A stretch of 64,000 bases of DNA from an uncultured Bifidobacteriaceae bacterium (GTDB taxonomy: Bacteria > Acidobacteriota > Vicinamibacteria > Vicinamibacterales > UBA2999). Of this stretch, positions 25,962 to 35,939 are shown piece after piece. Where the stretch lies: assembly GCA_964372085.1 (NCBI GenBank), contig CAYJPQ010000012.1, positions 694 to 64,693 of the forward strand, in the 5' to 3' direction. The notes under the pieces are model-generated. The model was not told the origin of the DNA and did not search any database. It worked only from the letters and a program-made list of their open reading frames with translations. How positions within the stretch are numbered: position 1 is the first letter of the stretch; each line of letters opens with the position of its first letter. The position numbers were made by a program, and so were the translations under genes.

Positions 25962-28915
25962 CGCGTGAGCAGCTGCGCGATGTCGTAGACGCGCCCGTTG
26001 GCGATCACGCGCCGCACCTTCGTGGTGGCGGCGATGTTCGCCAGCGGGTCGCCCTCCACCATGATGAGGTCGGCCAGCGTGCCGGCCTCGATGGTGCCGG
26101 CGTTCATGCCCAGCGCCCTGGCCGGGTTCACCGTGGCCGTCTTCAGGGCGTCGAAGTTCGACATCCCCGCCAGCGTGTACGACATCAGCTCGCCGTGCAG
26201 GTTCACCGCGTTGGGGGTGTCGGTGCCGGCCACCACCAGTCCGCCCGCACGCATGATGTCGATCACCATCTTGCCGCTGCCGCCCGTCGGATCGCCCCCG
26301 CCCCCCGGCGTGGCGGCCGACGGCTGCGCGGCCACCTGCCGCCGGATCCACTCGGGATAGAGCGCAAACCGCGGGTCGTGCTTGAGCCCCGCGTCATCCG
26401 TGAACAGCTTGCGGGCGCCGAAGCCCGAAATCATGGGGCAGAAGATCCGCCGGCTCTGGCCGAACAACTGCACCACGTCGTCGTACGCGGTCTGCAGCGT
26501 GGCCATCTTCGGCGAGTAGCCGCGCCGGCTGGTGGCTGCCGTGTGCTCGGTGTTGTCCACGCCCACGAGCGACGCCGGGAAGATCTCGTGGGTGGCCACG
26601 GGCACGCCGATGCGGTGGGCGAACTCCACCATGCGCTTCTGCTGCAGGTCGGGCAGGCGCACGTAGCTCTTGATCAGGTCGTGCTGCAGCACGCGCGCAC
26701 GATCGAGCTCCATCTCGAACTGGCCCACGCTGGAGATGGCGATGCCCATCTTGTAGTACACGCGCCCCCACTCCATCAGGTAGCCCGTGCCGAACACGCG
26801 CGGTCCCGGCCGCACGCCTGCCTCGTTGGCCTCGCGGTCCTCCACGGCCTCGTAGGGCGTGTTGCCCGGGCTCCGGACGGTGGTGACGCCGAACGCCAGC
26901 CACGCGCGGCCCTGCGACTCGCCGTAGTCCTTCTGCAAGTGCGAGTGGAACTCCACGAGCCCCGGCATCACGGTGAGGTTCGACGCATCCACGACCCGGC
27001 GACCCAGGTGGTGGGCCGCCGCGTGCGGTACGACGGCCGCGATGCGGTTGCCGTCGATCGTGATGTCCACGTTGGTACGCGCGGCGGGCGAGGTCATGTC
27101 GAGCAGCCGCCCGGCGTGCACCACCACGCGCGTGGTGGGAATGGCCGGCGTCCACGTCAGGCTGAACGGCACCGTGCGCGCCTCGCCGGTCTCGATATCG
27201 ACGATCCGGAGCGCGTCGAGTGACTGGTAGAGGATGTGTCGCGAGTCGCCCTGCCAGCTGGGCGAATGGGCGCTCTCTGAGGTGACGCGCCGCGGCGGGC
27301 CGAGCGGCTCCCCTTCTGGCGACACGGGCCACACGGCCAGCACGCCCTCGTAGATCGCCGCCATCTTGGTGCCGTCGGGCGACCACGCGGGGCCGCCGCC
27401 GCCGCGCGAGTCGATCGACAGCAGCGGGAAGGGCGCGTGCCACGTGTCGGGGCCACCCTCGGTGGAGACGGTGAGCACCTGGTTGGTGCCCTCGCGGAAC
27501 CGCACGCTGAGCGGCGCAACGCCGGCCAGCGCCACGCGCCTGCCGTCGGGCGAGAACACGGGCGTGCCGGGCTGGGGCAGCGTGTCGTGGATCTTCGTCA
27601 CCGTGCCGCTCGCCACGTCGAGCACCGACAGGGGCGCCACCCGCCACATGCCATCCACGTGGAAGAAGACGATGCGCTTGCCGTCGCGGGACCACGACGC
27701 CCCTTGCGGTTGCGTCGTGAGGTTGGTCACCTTGCGGGCCTGGCCGCTGCGGACATGACGAATCCAGAGTTGCAGGTGCGGGCTGTCCTTGTCGGACGAG
27801 TACACCAGCTCGCTGCCGTCGGGTGACCACGAGGGGTCGGTGTCGAGGGCGGCGTCCTTCGTGAGGTTCACCGCCGCGCCGCCGGTGGACGGCATCACCC
27901 AGATGTCCCCCACCGCGGCAAACGCGATCTGCGAGCCGTCGGGCGAGATGACCGGCCGCACCAGGCCGAGCACGGGCCTCGGCCTGGTGGTGGTGAAGTC
28001 GCGCGTGCGGGCCGTGTACTGCGGCCGGATCACCTGCAGCGTGGCGCTGAAGTCCACCGTCTGCACGGGGGCGCCGGCGGCGGACCGCTTGCGGATCTTG
28101 CCGTCCGACACGTAGTAGTACTCGACGCCAGACGCCCACGACGCACGGAACGCAAACACGTTCTCCGTGCCGGTGAGGGGCTTGCCCTCGGCCTCGTAGC
28201 GGCTCTGTCCCGCAGAGGTCGCGTGATACACGATCTGTCCGCCAGGACCCCACGACGGCGCGTCCAGTCTCGCGCCGGCGACGGAGCGCACCTTGCGCTG
28301 TGTCCCCTCCGCCACGTTGACCACGAACAGCGAATCGCCATGGTCGCGCGTCGACGCGAACACGATCTCCTTGCCGTCTGGCGACCACGACGGCATGTAG
28401 TCTTCGGACGGCTCGCGGGTGAGCTGCGTGAAGGCGCCCGTGGCGACGTCGAGCATCCAGATGTTGTAGTCGCTGCCGAGCGGGTCGCCGCGGTCCGACG
28501 AGAAGGCCACGCGCGTGCCGTCGGGCGACCACGCGGGCTCGCGATCGTCGAAGGCGCCCCACGTGAGCTTGCGCTGGTTGCCGCCGTCGGGATCCACCGA
28601 CCACAGATCGTAGTTACCATCGCGGTAGGCGAAGAAGGTGATGGTGCGGCCGTCCGGGGCCCACACGGGCTGGCGCGCGTCGTTGAAGACGTCGGTGATG
28701 CGCGTGAGCGTGCCGCCCGCCGCGGGCATGGTCCAGAGGCTGCCCTGCAGGTCGGTGACCAGCGTGCGCCCATCGGGCGAGACCGCCACCGACATCGAGG
28801 TGCCCTCGTGCACGGTGACGTCGATCGGCGCCGGTGGCGCCGGACGCTTCTGCCCGTGAACGGGAAGGGGGGCAGCGAGCGCGACTAACAGGAGCAGCGG
28901 CGCGGAACGACGCAT
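25958..28915 (-). CDS. Secreted PD40/TolB-like beta-propeller repeats fused to a metal-dependent amidohydrolase domain
   Basis: ATG at 28915 (MRRSAPLLLLVALAAPLPVHG). Repeated xPxWSPDG motifs. C-terminal amidohydrolase signature (LVEFHSHL, TDTPN). Confidence 0.85.
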   Translation of the reverse strand: MRRSAPLLLLVALAAPLPVHGQKRPAPPAPIDVTVHEGTSMSVAVSPDGRTLVTDLQGSLWTMPAAGGTLTRITDVFNDARQPVWAPDGRTITFFAYRDGNYDLWSVDPDGGNQRKLTWGAFDDREPAWSPDGTRVAFSSDRGDPLGSDYNIWMLDVATGAFTQLTREPSEDYMPSWSPDGKEIVFASTRDHGDSLFVVNVAEGTQRKVRSVAGARLDAPSWGPGGQIVYHATSAGQSRYEAEGKPLTGTENVFAFRASWASGVEYYYVSDGKIRKRSAAGAPVQTVDFSATLQVIRPQYTARTRDFTTTRPRPVLGLVRPVISPDGSQIAFAAVGDIWVMPSTGGAAVNLTKDAALDTDPSWSPDGSELVYSSDKDSPHLQLWIRHVRSGQARKVTNLTTQPQGASWSRDGKRIVFFHVDGMWRVAPLSVLDVASGTVTKIHDTLPQPGTPVFSPDGRRVALAGVAPLSVRFREGTNQVLTVSTEGGPDTWHAPFPLLSIDSRGGGGPAWSPDGTKMAAIYEGVLAVWPVSPEGEPLGPPRRVTSESAHSPSWQGDSRHILYQSLDALRIVDIETGEARTVPFSLTWTPAIPTTRVVVHAGRLLDMTSPAARTNVDITIDGNRIAAVVPHAAAHHLGRRVVDASNLTVMPGLVEFHSHLQKDYGESQGRAWLAFGVTTVRSPGNTPYEAVEDREANEAGVRPGPRVFGTGYLMEWGRVYYKMGIAISSVGQFEMELDRARVLQHDLIKSYVRLPDLQQKRMVEFAHRIGVPVATHEIFPASLVGVDNTEHTAATSRRGYSPKMATLQTAYDDVVQLFGQSRRIFCPMISGFGARKLFTDDAGLKHDPRFALYPEWIRRQVAAQPSAATPGGGGDPTGGSGKMVIDIMRAGGLVVAGTDTPNAVNLHGELMSYTLAGMSNFDALKTATVNPARALGMNAGTIEAGTLADLIMVEGDPLANIAATTKVRRVIANGRVYDIAQLLTR

Positions 28916-28934
28916 GGGCGAACCTCCGGGCGCA

Positions 28935-30407
28935 TCATAGCAGCCCGGCAATCCACAGCGCGCGCTCGCGACACCCGACCACCGGCGCCAACCCACTGTC
29001 AGCCGGCAACTCGGCGGCGCGTTCAATCGCGGGCACGATCAGGTCCAACTCGGGTCCCTCTGGGGCGCCCGTGACGACGAGCCTGATCGGGTGGAAGAGC
29101 GCCTTTCCCTTCCGGCCCGTGCGGTCCTTCACGCGGCCGGCCAGCGCGCGGAACGCGTCCTTGTCGATCAAGCGTGGCGCGGCCGCCAACTCCTCGGCCA
29201 AGGCCCGCACGACGGCCGGATCGGGCAGGTGATCGGGATCCAGGACCGTGCGGGGCGCGGCGAAGATCTGCTCCAACCGGTCCGGCAGCTGCGACAGCCG
29301 ATCCACCGACGCGGCCATGCCGGGTAGCACGAACTCGAGCCAGCGCTTCGCCTCGATGGAGAGCTCGCTCACGATCTGTCCGCGTGCCCTGAGGAACGGC
29401 TCGGCCAGCCGCGCAAGCCGCTCGGGCGTGGTCAATCTCAGGTAGTGCCGGTTCGCCCACGCCAGCTTGTCCTCGTCGAAGATGCCGGGGCTGTGGGCCA
29501 CCTGCTCCAGCCGGAACCGGCGCGCCAGTTCCGCCGCCGGAAGCAGCTCCTCGTCGTTGCCCGGCGACCAGCCGATGAGCGCCAGGTAGTTCACCAGCGC
29601 CTCGGGCAGGTAGCCCCTGTCGCGGAACTCCTTCACCGACGTGGCGCCGTGGCGCTTCGAGAGCGGCGCGTGGTCGGGGCCCATCACCAGCGACAGGTGC
29701 GCAAAGCGCGGCGGGGTCCACCCGAACGCCTCGTACAGCAGCACCTGCCTGGGCGTGTTCGAGATGTGATCCTCGCCGCGGATCACGTGCGTGATGGCCA
29801 TCAGCGCATCGTCAATCACCACGGCGAAGTTGTAGGCCGGGATGCCGTCGGAGCGCACCAGCACCGGGTCGCCGATGACGTCGGTGTGAAACGTGACGGG
29901 TCCCCGGACGATGTCGTCGAAGGTGACCTCGCGGCCCTCGGGCACGCGGAGGCGCACCACGGCGGGCTCGCCCGTCGCCGCGCGCCGGGCGGCCTCGTCC
30001 GGGTCGATGTGGCGGCAGGTGCCCGGGTACTTGGGCGGATGGCCGACGGCGAGTTGCGCCTTGCGCTGCGACTCGAGCAGGTCGGCGGAACAGAAGCACA
30101 GGTACGCCTTGCCCTCGTCCAGCAGCCGCGTGGTGTGCGACTTGTAGGTCTCCAGGCGTTCGGTCTGCCGGTAGGGGCCGTGGTCGCCACCCGCCTCGAC
30201 GCCCTCGTCCCAGGTGAGGCCCATCCACCTTAGGTCGTCGAGGATGGCGGCCTCCGACGCGCGCGTGGAGCGCTCGAGATCGGTGTCCTCGATGCGGAGG
30301 ATGAACGTGCCGCCCTGCCCGCGTGCGAGCAGCCAGTTGAAGAGCGCGGTGCGCGCGTTGCCGACGTGCAGGTGGCCGGTGGGCGATGGGGCGAAGCGGA
30401 CTCTCAT
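28935..30407 (-). CDS. gltX: Glutamate--tRNA ligase
   Basis: MRVRFAPSPTGHLHVGNARTALFNWL... (HIGH motif) and KLSKR-like LSKRHG. It is the in-frame tail of track ORF 28935..31034. Confidence 0.95.
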   Translation of the reverse strand: MRVRFAPSPTGHLHVGNARTALFNWLLARGQGGTFILRIEDTDLERSTRASEAAILDDLRWMGLTWDEGVEAGGDHGPYRQTERLETYKSHTTRLLDEGKAYLCFCSADLLESQRKAQLAVGHPPKYPGTCRHIDPDEAARRAATGEPAVVRLRVPEGREVTFDDIVRGPVTFHTDVIGDPVLVRSDGIPAYNFAVVIDDALMAITHVIRGEDHISNTPRQVLLYEAFGWTPPRFAHLSLVMGPDHAPLSKRHGATSVKEFRDRGYLPEALVNYLALIGWSPGNDEELLPAAELARRFRLEQVAHSPGIFDEDKLAWANRHYLRLTTPERLARLAEPFLRARGQIVSELSIEAKRWLEFVLPGMAASVDRLSQLPDRLEQIFAAPRTVLDPDHLPDPAVVRALAEELAAAPRLIDKDAFRALAGRVKDRTGRKGKALFHPIRLVVTGAPEGPELDLIVPAIERAAELPADSGLAPVVGCRERALWIAGLL

Positions 30408-30418
30408 GAATAGAATGC

Positions 30419-30504
30419 AACCACGAAGGGCACACAAAACACGAAGAACAATTCTGTACCAGTCTGTACTCGTTTCCTTCGTGACCTTCGCGATCTTCGT
30501 GGTT
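30419..30504. repeat. Imperfect hairpin built from CACGAAG decamers (contains copy 2 of the dispersed repeat at 30472-30504)
   Basis: AACCACGAAG (30419-30428) pairs with CTTCGTGGTT (30495-30504); CACGAAG (30440-30446) pairs with CTTCGTG (30477-30483). The ispDF stop TAA lies in the right arm. Confidence 0.8.
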
Positions 30505-31693
30505 AACGTGAACTGAGGAGGGCCACGGCATGGCAGGCCATCGACTCGCCGCGGCCCATGCTGTCGACGCCCTCGTTGGTCTTCCCCTTCACGCTCACCG
30601 CGCCGGCCTCCACGCCGAGCGCGCCGGCGAGGTTGGCGCGCATCTGGTCCAGGTGCGGCAACAACCTGGGCCGCTGGGCCACCACGGTCACGTCCACGTT
30701 GACCACGCGGAAGCCGAGGGCCGCGACGCGTTCCATGGCGCCGCGCAGCAAGGCGATGCTGTCGGCGCCCTTCCACCTGGGATCGGTGTCGGGAAACAGC
30801 CGGCCGATGTCGCCCGCGGCCACGGCGCCGAGCACGGCGTCGGTCACCGCGTGGCACACGATGTCGGCATCGGAGTGGCCGTCGAGGCCGAGCTCGTAGG
30901 GAATGGTGACGCCGGCCAGGATGAGGGGCCGCTCCGCCACGAGTCGATGCAGGTCGTATCCGGTTCCGATGCGCAGCATGGGCCCTGAGCCCTGGGCTGT
31001 GGGCTCCCTCAGGTCGGCGCGCTGGCGGGCCCACGCGAGGTCGGCCGCGGTGGTCACTTTGATGTTGGCGGGGTCGCCCGCCACCAGGTGCACGGGGATG
31101 CCGGCGCGCTCGGCCAGCATCGCTTCGTCGGTGGCGTCGGCGCTGCCGGCGGCGCGCAGCGCCTCCACGAACACGTCACGGCGGAACGCCTGCGGGGTCT
31201 GCGCAAGAAAGATCTCGTCACGCGCCAACGTGGCGCGAATCACGCGGGAGCCATCGAGCAACTCGCCGCCGGCCTGCTTGACGGTGTCGCGCACGGGCAC
31301 CGCGGCAATGGCCGCGCCGTGCGCCTGCGCCCCGTCGATGGCCCGCGCAATCACGTCGGCCGATACGAACGGCCGCGCCGCATCGTGCACCAGCACCACG
31401 CCCGCACCGGGCGAGGTGCGCCGAAACGCGTTGGCCACCGAATCCTGCCGGCGTGCGCCGCCCGCCACAAACGCCACGGGCGTGGTCCCCGGGGCCGTCC
31501 ACGCGGCCGACGCGGCGGCCAGGTGATCCTCTGGCACGGCCACGACGATCTCCGACACGCGGCCGCTCGCCGCCAGCGCGCCGATGCTCAGGTCGAGGAT
31601 CGAGCGCCCGCCGATGCCGAGAAACTGCTTGGGGCGATCGGCGCCGAGCCGGAGGCCCCGGCCCCCGGCGGCGATGATGGCGGCCACGTGCAT
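30503..31693 (-). CDS. ispDF: Bifunctional IspD/IspF (MEP cytidylyltransferase / MEcPP synthase)
   Basis: ATG at 31693 (MHVAAIIAAGGRGLRLG...) plus an IspF C-terminus (GTGYDLHRL...GHSDADI). The upstream in-frame extension is only the translated 33-bp repeats. Confidence 0.92.
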   Translation of the reverse strand: MHVAAIIAAGGRGLRLGADRPKQFLGIGGRSILDLSIGALAASGRVSEIVVAVPEDHLAAASAAWTAPGTTPVAFVAGGARRQDSVANAFRRTSPGAGVVLVHDAARPFVSADVIARAIDGAQAHGAAIAAVPVRDTVKQAGGELLDGSRVIRATLARDEIFLAQTPQAFRRDVFVEALRAAGSADATDEAMLAERAGIPVHLVAGDPANIKVTTAADLAWARQRADLREPTAQGSGPMLRIGTGYDLHRLVAERPLILAGVTIPYELGLDGHSDADIVCHAVTDAVLGAVAAGDIGRLFPDTDPRWKGADSIALLRGAMERVAALGFRVVNVDVTVVAQRPRLLPHLDQMRANLAGALGVEAGAVSVKGKTNEGVDSMGRGESMACHAVALLSSR

Positions 31694-31718
31694 GGAAGCC
31701 GGATTGTACTCCGACAGG

Positions 31719-31817
31719 CCGGGGCTGAAGCCCCGGCCCTCCTTGTGTAAACCGGGGCTGAAGCCCCGGCCCTCCTTGTGTAAACCGGGGCTGAAGCCCC
31801 GACCCTCCTTGTGCTGC
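31719..31817. repeat. 33-bp tandem repeat x3, each unit a CCGGGGC-TGAA-GCCCCGG hairpin (REP/BIME-like)
   Basis: Units start at 31719, 31752 and 31785. The same hairpin occurs singly at 5805-5826. Confidence 0.95.
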
Positions 31818-31824
31818 CGGGGCG

Positions 31825-32013
31825 TCAGCCCTTGACCCCGGCCTTCCTCAGAATCGCCATCATCGGGCACCAGCCAGTGAACGCCGACTGGAACAGGTTG
31901 AGCCCGACAAACGCCGCAAACCACAGGAAGCCGGGATGCACATACATGCCGGCCAGCACACCGGCCAGCACAAACGCGCCACCAATCATCCGCAACATCG
32001 GTTCAAGCTTCAT
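31825..32013 (-). CDS. DUF2892 (YgaP-like) small membrane protein
   Basis: 62 aa from ATG 32013: MKLEPMLRMIGGAFVLAGVLAG...FTGWCPMMAILRKAG. ATGA overlap with the upstream USP stop. Confidence 0.7.
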   Translation of the reverse strand: MKLEPMLRMIGGAFVLAGVLAGMYVHPGFLWFAAFVGLNLFQSAFTGWCPMMAILRKAGVKG

Positions 32014-32747
32014 CGAACGGGCCCTCCTTGGGCCTCTGGAACAAACAACACGGGAATCGCACAGGTCTGCAGCAGCGGCTCGCCGACGCGGGCCAGCCAC
32101 GCCTGCGTGCGCGCGGCGGGCATCGGCACGGCGGCCCAGTCGGCCCCCACCCGCACTCGCGCCTCGGGCGCGCCGCCATCCTCCACCTCGGTGACGGTGC
32201 CCGAGAACGTCGCGGCAATCGCGCCGGCCAGGCCGCGCGCGCGTTCAGCGCCGGGATGACCGGCGGTCAGCACGAGCCCCCGCGAAAACAACGTGGGCGG
32301 CGGCGTGTCCGCGGCGGACGCATGCACCACCAGCAGGGGCACCGCGGTCTCGCGCAGCACGCGCTCGGCCACCGAGCCCAGCCACCACCGCGAGGGGCCA
32401 CGGCGTCCGTGGGTGCCCATCACCACCAGGTCGGCGTCCTTCGACGCACGCAGGATGGCGTCCACCGCCGTGCGGCTCTCCACCACGGTCTGCACGGGGT
32501 GGCTGGTGTGGCGCTTGCCGAACTTCTGCAGGAACTCGGCCGCGCGCCGCTGGTTGGCGCGCTCCTCGCCTTCGAGGGCCCGCAACTGGGCCGGCGTGAA
32601 GTAGGGCGGCACGTCGAGCGACTCGGCGTGCAGCAGCCGCAGCACGGCCCCGGTGCGCGCGGCCAGTTCGCCGCCAATCGTCACGGCACGGGCCGACGCG
32701 TCGCCGAAATCCACGGCCACCAGGATGTTCTTGGGCAGGGTCGTCAT
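32010..32747 (-). CDS. Universal stress protein family protein (one clear USP domain plus a degenerate second half)
   Basis: 245 aa, ILVAVDFGDAS...DLVVMGTHGRRGPSRWWLGSVAERVLRETAVPLLVV. Confidence 0.8.
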   Translation of the reverse strand: MTTLPKNILVAVDFGDASARAVTIGGELAARTGAVLRLLHAESLDVPPYFTPAQLRALEGEERANQRRAAEFLQKFGKRHTSHPVQTVVESRTAVDAILRASKDADLVVMGTHGRRGPSRWWLGSVAERVLRETAVPLLVVHASAADTPPPTLFSRGLVLTAGHPGAERARGLAGAIAATFSGTVTEVEDGGAPEARVRVGADWAAVPMPAARTQAWLARVGEPLLQTCAIPVLFVPEAQGGPVR

Positions 32748-32750
32748 GTC

Positions 32751-35700
32751 CTAGGCTCCCTCGGCGGCCGTCTCGGCCATCACCGGCGCCGCGGCGGGCT
32801 TCCGGTGCGTCAGGTAATAGGTGATGGGCACGGTCATGCGCGAGAGCAGGAGCGAGGCCACCTCGCCGGCCATCAACGAGATGGCCAGGCCCTGGAAGAT
32901 GGGGTCGGAGAGCATCACGGCCGACCCCACGATCACGGCGGCGGCAGTGAGCGCCATCGGGCGGAACCGCACGGCGCCCGCGTCCACGACGGCCTCCTCG
33001 AGCGGCATGCCGTCGGCCACGCGCAATTCGATGAAGTCCACCAGGATGATGGAGTTGCGCACGACGATGCCGGCGCCGGCAATGAAGCCGATCATCGACG
33101 TGGCGCTGAAGAAGGCGCCCATCGCGGCATGGCCCGGCAGGATGCCCGCCAGCGAGAACGGGATGGCCAGCATGATGGTCATCGGCGTGATGAACGACTG
33201 GAACCAGCCGACCACCAGGATGTAGATGAGCACGAGCACGGCCGCGAACGCGATGCCCAGGTCGCGGAACACCTCATAGGTGATGTGCCACTCGCCGTCC
33301 CACTTCATGGCGTACTTCGAGCTGTCGAACGGTTGCCTGGTGTTGAAGATCTCGAAGGCGTAGCCCTCGGGCAACTGCAGCTTCTCGAGCGCCGTGTTCA
33401 TGTCGAAAATGGCGTAGACGGGGCTCTCCACCGCGCCCGCCACGTCGCCCGTGACGTAGGTCACCGGAAGCAGGTTCTTGTGATAGATGCTCACGTCCTC
33501 CACGCCGGCGCTGGTCTCCACCAGCTCGCCCACGGAGACACCGCCCCCGCCGCCCAGGCGCAGCGCGTACAGCGCGTCAGCCGACCCGCGCGACGATCGC
33601 GGCAGCCGCATCACCACGGGCACCTGCTCGCGCGACGCGGGGTCGTGCAGCAGCCCGGCCGGCGACCCGGCGCCGGCCATGCGGGCCACGGCCATCACCT
33701 CGGTGGCCGACACGCCGGCGGCCGACGCCTTCTCGCTGTCCACCTCGAGCCGCGTCTTCGGCCGCGCCGACTCCACGTACCAGTCCACGTCCACCACGCC
33801 GGTGGTGCCGGCAAACACGTCCCGCACCCGCTTGGCCAACGCCAGCCGCTTCACGGGGTCGGGGCCATACACCTCGGCCACCAGGGTCTGCAGCACCGGC
33901 GGGCCCGGCGGAACCTCCACCACCTGCACCTCGGCGCCCAGTTGCGCCGCCACCGGCTGCAACTGCGTGCGCAGGCGGACGGCAATCGCATGGCTCTGGT
34001 CGCTGCGCTCGTCCTTGGCCGTGAGCATCAGCTGCAGGTCGGCCATGTACGGCTCGCGCCTGAGGAAGTAGTGCCGCACCAGCCCGTTGAAGGTGTACGG
34101 CGCCGACGTGCCCGTGTAGCTCTGCACGCTCACGACGTCCTGGTCGCGCAGCACCTCGTCCGCCAGCAGCGACGACACCCTCGCCGTGGTCTCGAGCGGC
34201 GTGTCATCGGGCATCCGCACCACCACCTGCAGCTCGTTCTTGTTGTCGAACGGCAGCATCTTCACGGTGACGAGCTTTGCCGGCACGAGGGCCATGGCGC
34301 CCACCAGCAGCGCGGCCACCCCGCCCAGGAAAGCCCAGCGGCTGGCCGGCTTGGTGATGAGCGACGCCATCACGCGCCGGTAGAGCGCGGTGAGGCGGTC
34401 GTCGGACTCGTGGTGGTGGCCGGTGGGCTGCTTCAGCAGGCGCACCGCGGCCCAGGGCGTGACGATGAAAGCCACGACCAGCGAGAACAGCATGGCGGCG
34501 GTGGCGCCCACGGGGATGGGGCGCATGTAGGGACCCATCAGCCCGCCGACGAACGCCATGGGCAGGATGGCGGCCACCACGGTGAGGGTGGCCAGGATGG
34601 TGGGGTTCCCCACTTCATCCACGGCACGGATGGCCACCTCCTCGATGGAGCGCGAGCCGCCCGACAGGCGCATGTGCCGCACGATGTTCTCCACCACGAC
34701 GATGGCGTCGTCCACCAGGATGCCGATGGAGAAGATGAGCGCGAACAGCGTGATGCGGTTGAGCGTGTAGCCGTAGATGTAGAAGACGAACAGCGTGAGG
34801 GCGAGCGTCACGGGGATGGCCGTGAGCACCACGAGCGATTCGCGGTGGCCCAGGGCGAACCAGATGAGCGCCGACACCGAGAGCACGGCAATCAGCATGT
34901 GCCACAGCAGCTCGTTCGACTTGTGCGCGGCCGTCTCGCCGTAGTTGCGCGTGACCGTCACCTGCACGTCGTGCGGCACCAGGTAGCCGCGCAGCGTCTC
35001 GACCTTGCGGTCGATGGCGCGCGTCAGCTCGATGGCGTTCACGCCGCGGCGCTTGGCAATCGACAGGGTCACCGCGGGATAGGCCTGGCCCCGTTTGGGG
35101 TGGTAGTAGACGTAGTCGACGGGCTCGCCGGCCTCGTCGGCGACCGAGGCCACGTCGTCCAGCCGCACGGGCCCGCCGGCCGATCCCACGACCAGCGCCG
35201 CGAGGTCGCCCGCGGTGGTGGGATAGCCACCAGCCTCCACGCGCGTGCTGCGGTTGCCCGACACCAGGTCCGCGGCGGCGCCACGGGCATTGGCCCGCAG
35301 CAGCGCCTGCTGCACCTGCAACGGGTCGAGGCCGCGCGCGGCCAGCGCCGAGGGATCCACCTCCACGCTCACCTGCCGCGGCCGGCCGCCGATGATGGTG
35401 ACCTCCGAGACGTCGGGCACCTCCTTCACCGATTCCTGCAGCTGGGCAGCGAGGCGGCGGAGTTGCTGGTCGTCGTAGCCCTCACCCCACAGTGTGAGCG
35501 CCATCACCGGCACATCGTCGATGGAGCGCGCGCGCACCATGGGCGCCGATGCGCCGGCGGGCACCACCTCGGGGCTGGCGGCCAGCTTCTGGTTGATGCG
35601 CACCAGGGCGCGGTCGTCGTCTTCGCCCACCAGGAAGCGGGCGACGATCATCGAGCGGCCGGGGCTGGAGGTGGAATAGAGGTACTCGATGCCCGGCACC

Positions 35701-35939
35701 TCCCAGAGGAGTTTTTCGAGCGGCCGCGTCACGCGCTGCTCCACTTCGGCGGGCGATGCGCCGGGCAGGTCCACGAACACGTCGACCATCGGCACGATAA
35801 TCTGCGGCTCTTCCTCCCGGGGCAGCGCCACGGTGGCGAACACGCCGAGCAGGAGCGACGCCACGATCAGCAGCGGCGTGAGCTTGGAGTGAATGAAGGC
35901 GGCCGCCAGCTTGCCGGCCATCCCGCGCTGCGCGCTCAT
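32751..35939 (-). CDS. RND efflux transporter permease (AcrB/CzcA superfamily)
   Basis: 1062-aa, 12-TM type ORF with typical RND N-terminus and motifs. ATGA overlap with the adaptor gene stop. Confidence 0.93.
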   Translation of the reverse strand: MSAQRGMAGKLAAAFIHSKLTPLLIVASLLLGVFATVALPREEEPQIIVPMVDVFVDLPGASPAEVEQRVTRPLEKLLWEVPGIEYLYSTSSPGRSMIVARFLVGEDDDRALVRINQKLAASPEVVPAGASAPMVRARSIDDVPVMALTLWGEGYDDQQLRRLAAQLQESVKEVPDVSEVTIIGGRPRQVSVEVDPSALAARGLDPLQVQQALLRANARGAAADLVSGNRSTRVEAGGYPTTAGDLAALVVGSAGGPVRLDDVASVADEAGEPVDYVYYHPKRGQAYPAVTLSIAKRRGVNAIELTRAIDRKVETLRGYLVPHDVQVTVTRNYGETAAHKSNELLWHMLIAVLSVSALIWFALGHRESLVVLTAIPVTLALTLFVFYIYGYTLNRITLFALIFSIGILVDDAIVVVENIVRHMRLSGGSRSIEEVAIRAVDEVGNPTILATLTVVAAILPMAFVGGLMGPYMRPIPVGATAAMLFSLVVAFIVTPWAAVRLLKQPTGHHHESDDRLTALYRRVMASLITKPASRWAFLGGVAALLVGAMALVPAKLVTVKMLPFDNKNELQVVVRMPDDTPLETTARVSSLLADEVLRDQDVVSVQSYTGTSAPYTFNGLVRHYFLRREPYMADLQLMLTAKDERSDQSHAIAVRLRTQLQPVAAQLGAEVQVVEVPPGPPVLQTLVAEVYGPDPVKRLALAKRVRDVFAGTTGVVDVDWYVESARPKTRLEVDSEKASAAGVSATEVMAVARMAGAGSPAGLLHDPASREQVPVVMRLPRSSRGSADALYALRLGGGGGVSVGELVETSAGVEDVSIYHKNLLPVTYVTGDVAGAVESPVYAIFDMNTALEKLQLPEGYAFEIFNTRQPFDSSKYAMKWDGEWHITYEVFRDLGIAFAAVLVLIYILVVGWFQSFITPMTIMLAIPFSLAGILPGHAAMGAFFSATSMIGFIAGAGIVVRNSIILVDFIELRVADGMPLEEAVVDAGAVRFRPMALTAAAVIVGSAVMLSDPIFQGLAISLMAGEVASLLLSRMTVPITYYLTHRKPAAAPVMAETAAEGA

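Noticed and set aside
23043-26351. 1102-aa minus-strand ORF
   Set aside because: It is antisense to the TonB-dependent-receptor-like gene and to the end of the amidohydrolase gene. It has the same low-complexity Arg/Gly/Ala/Val composition. The plus-strand gene has a signal peptide, a CarboxypepD_reg domain and a terminal Phe.
31719-31817. Regularly spaced direct repeats that could be mistaken for a small CRISPR array (also 62503-62558 and 1170-1304)
   Set aside because: The units are directly tandem with no unique spacers. Unit lengths (7-33 nt) and copy structure do not fit CRISPR. No cas genes or leader are present.
31694-31924. N-terminal extension of IspDF in the track (MVCGV...GFSPGLHKEGRGFSPGLHKEGRGFSPGL...)
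   Set aside because: The extension is just the translated 33-bp REP-like repeats. The conserved IspD N-terminus (MHVAAIIAAGGRG) starts at ATG 31693.
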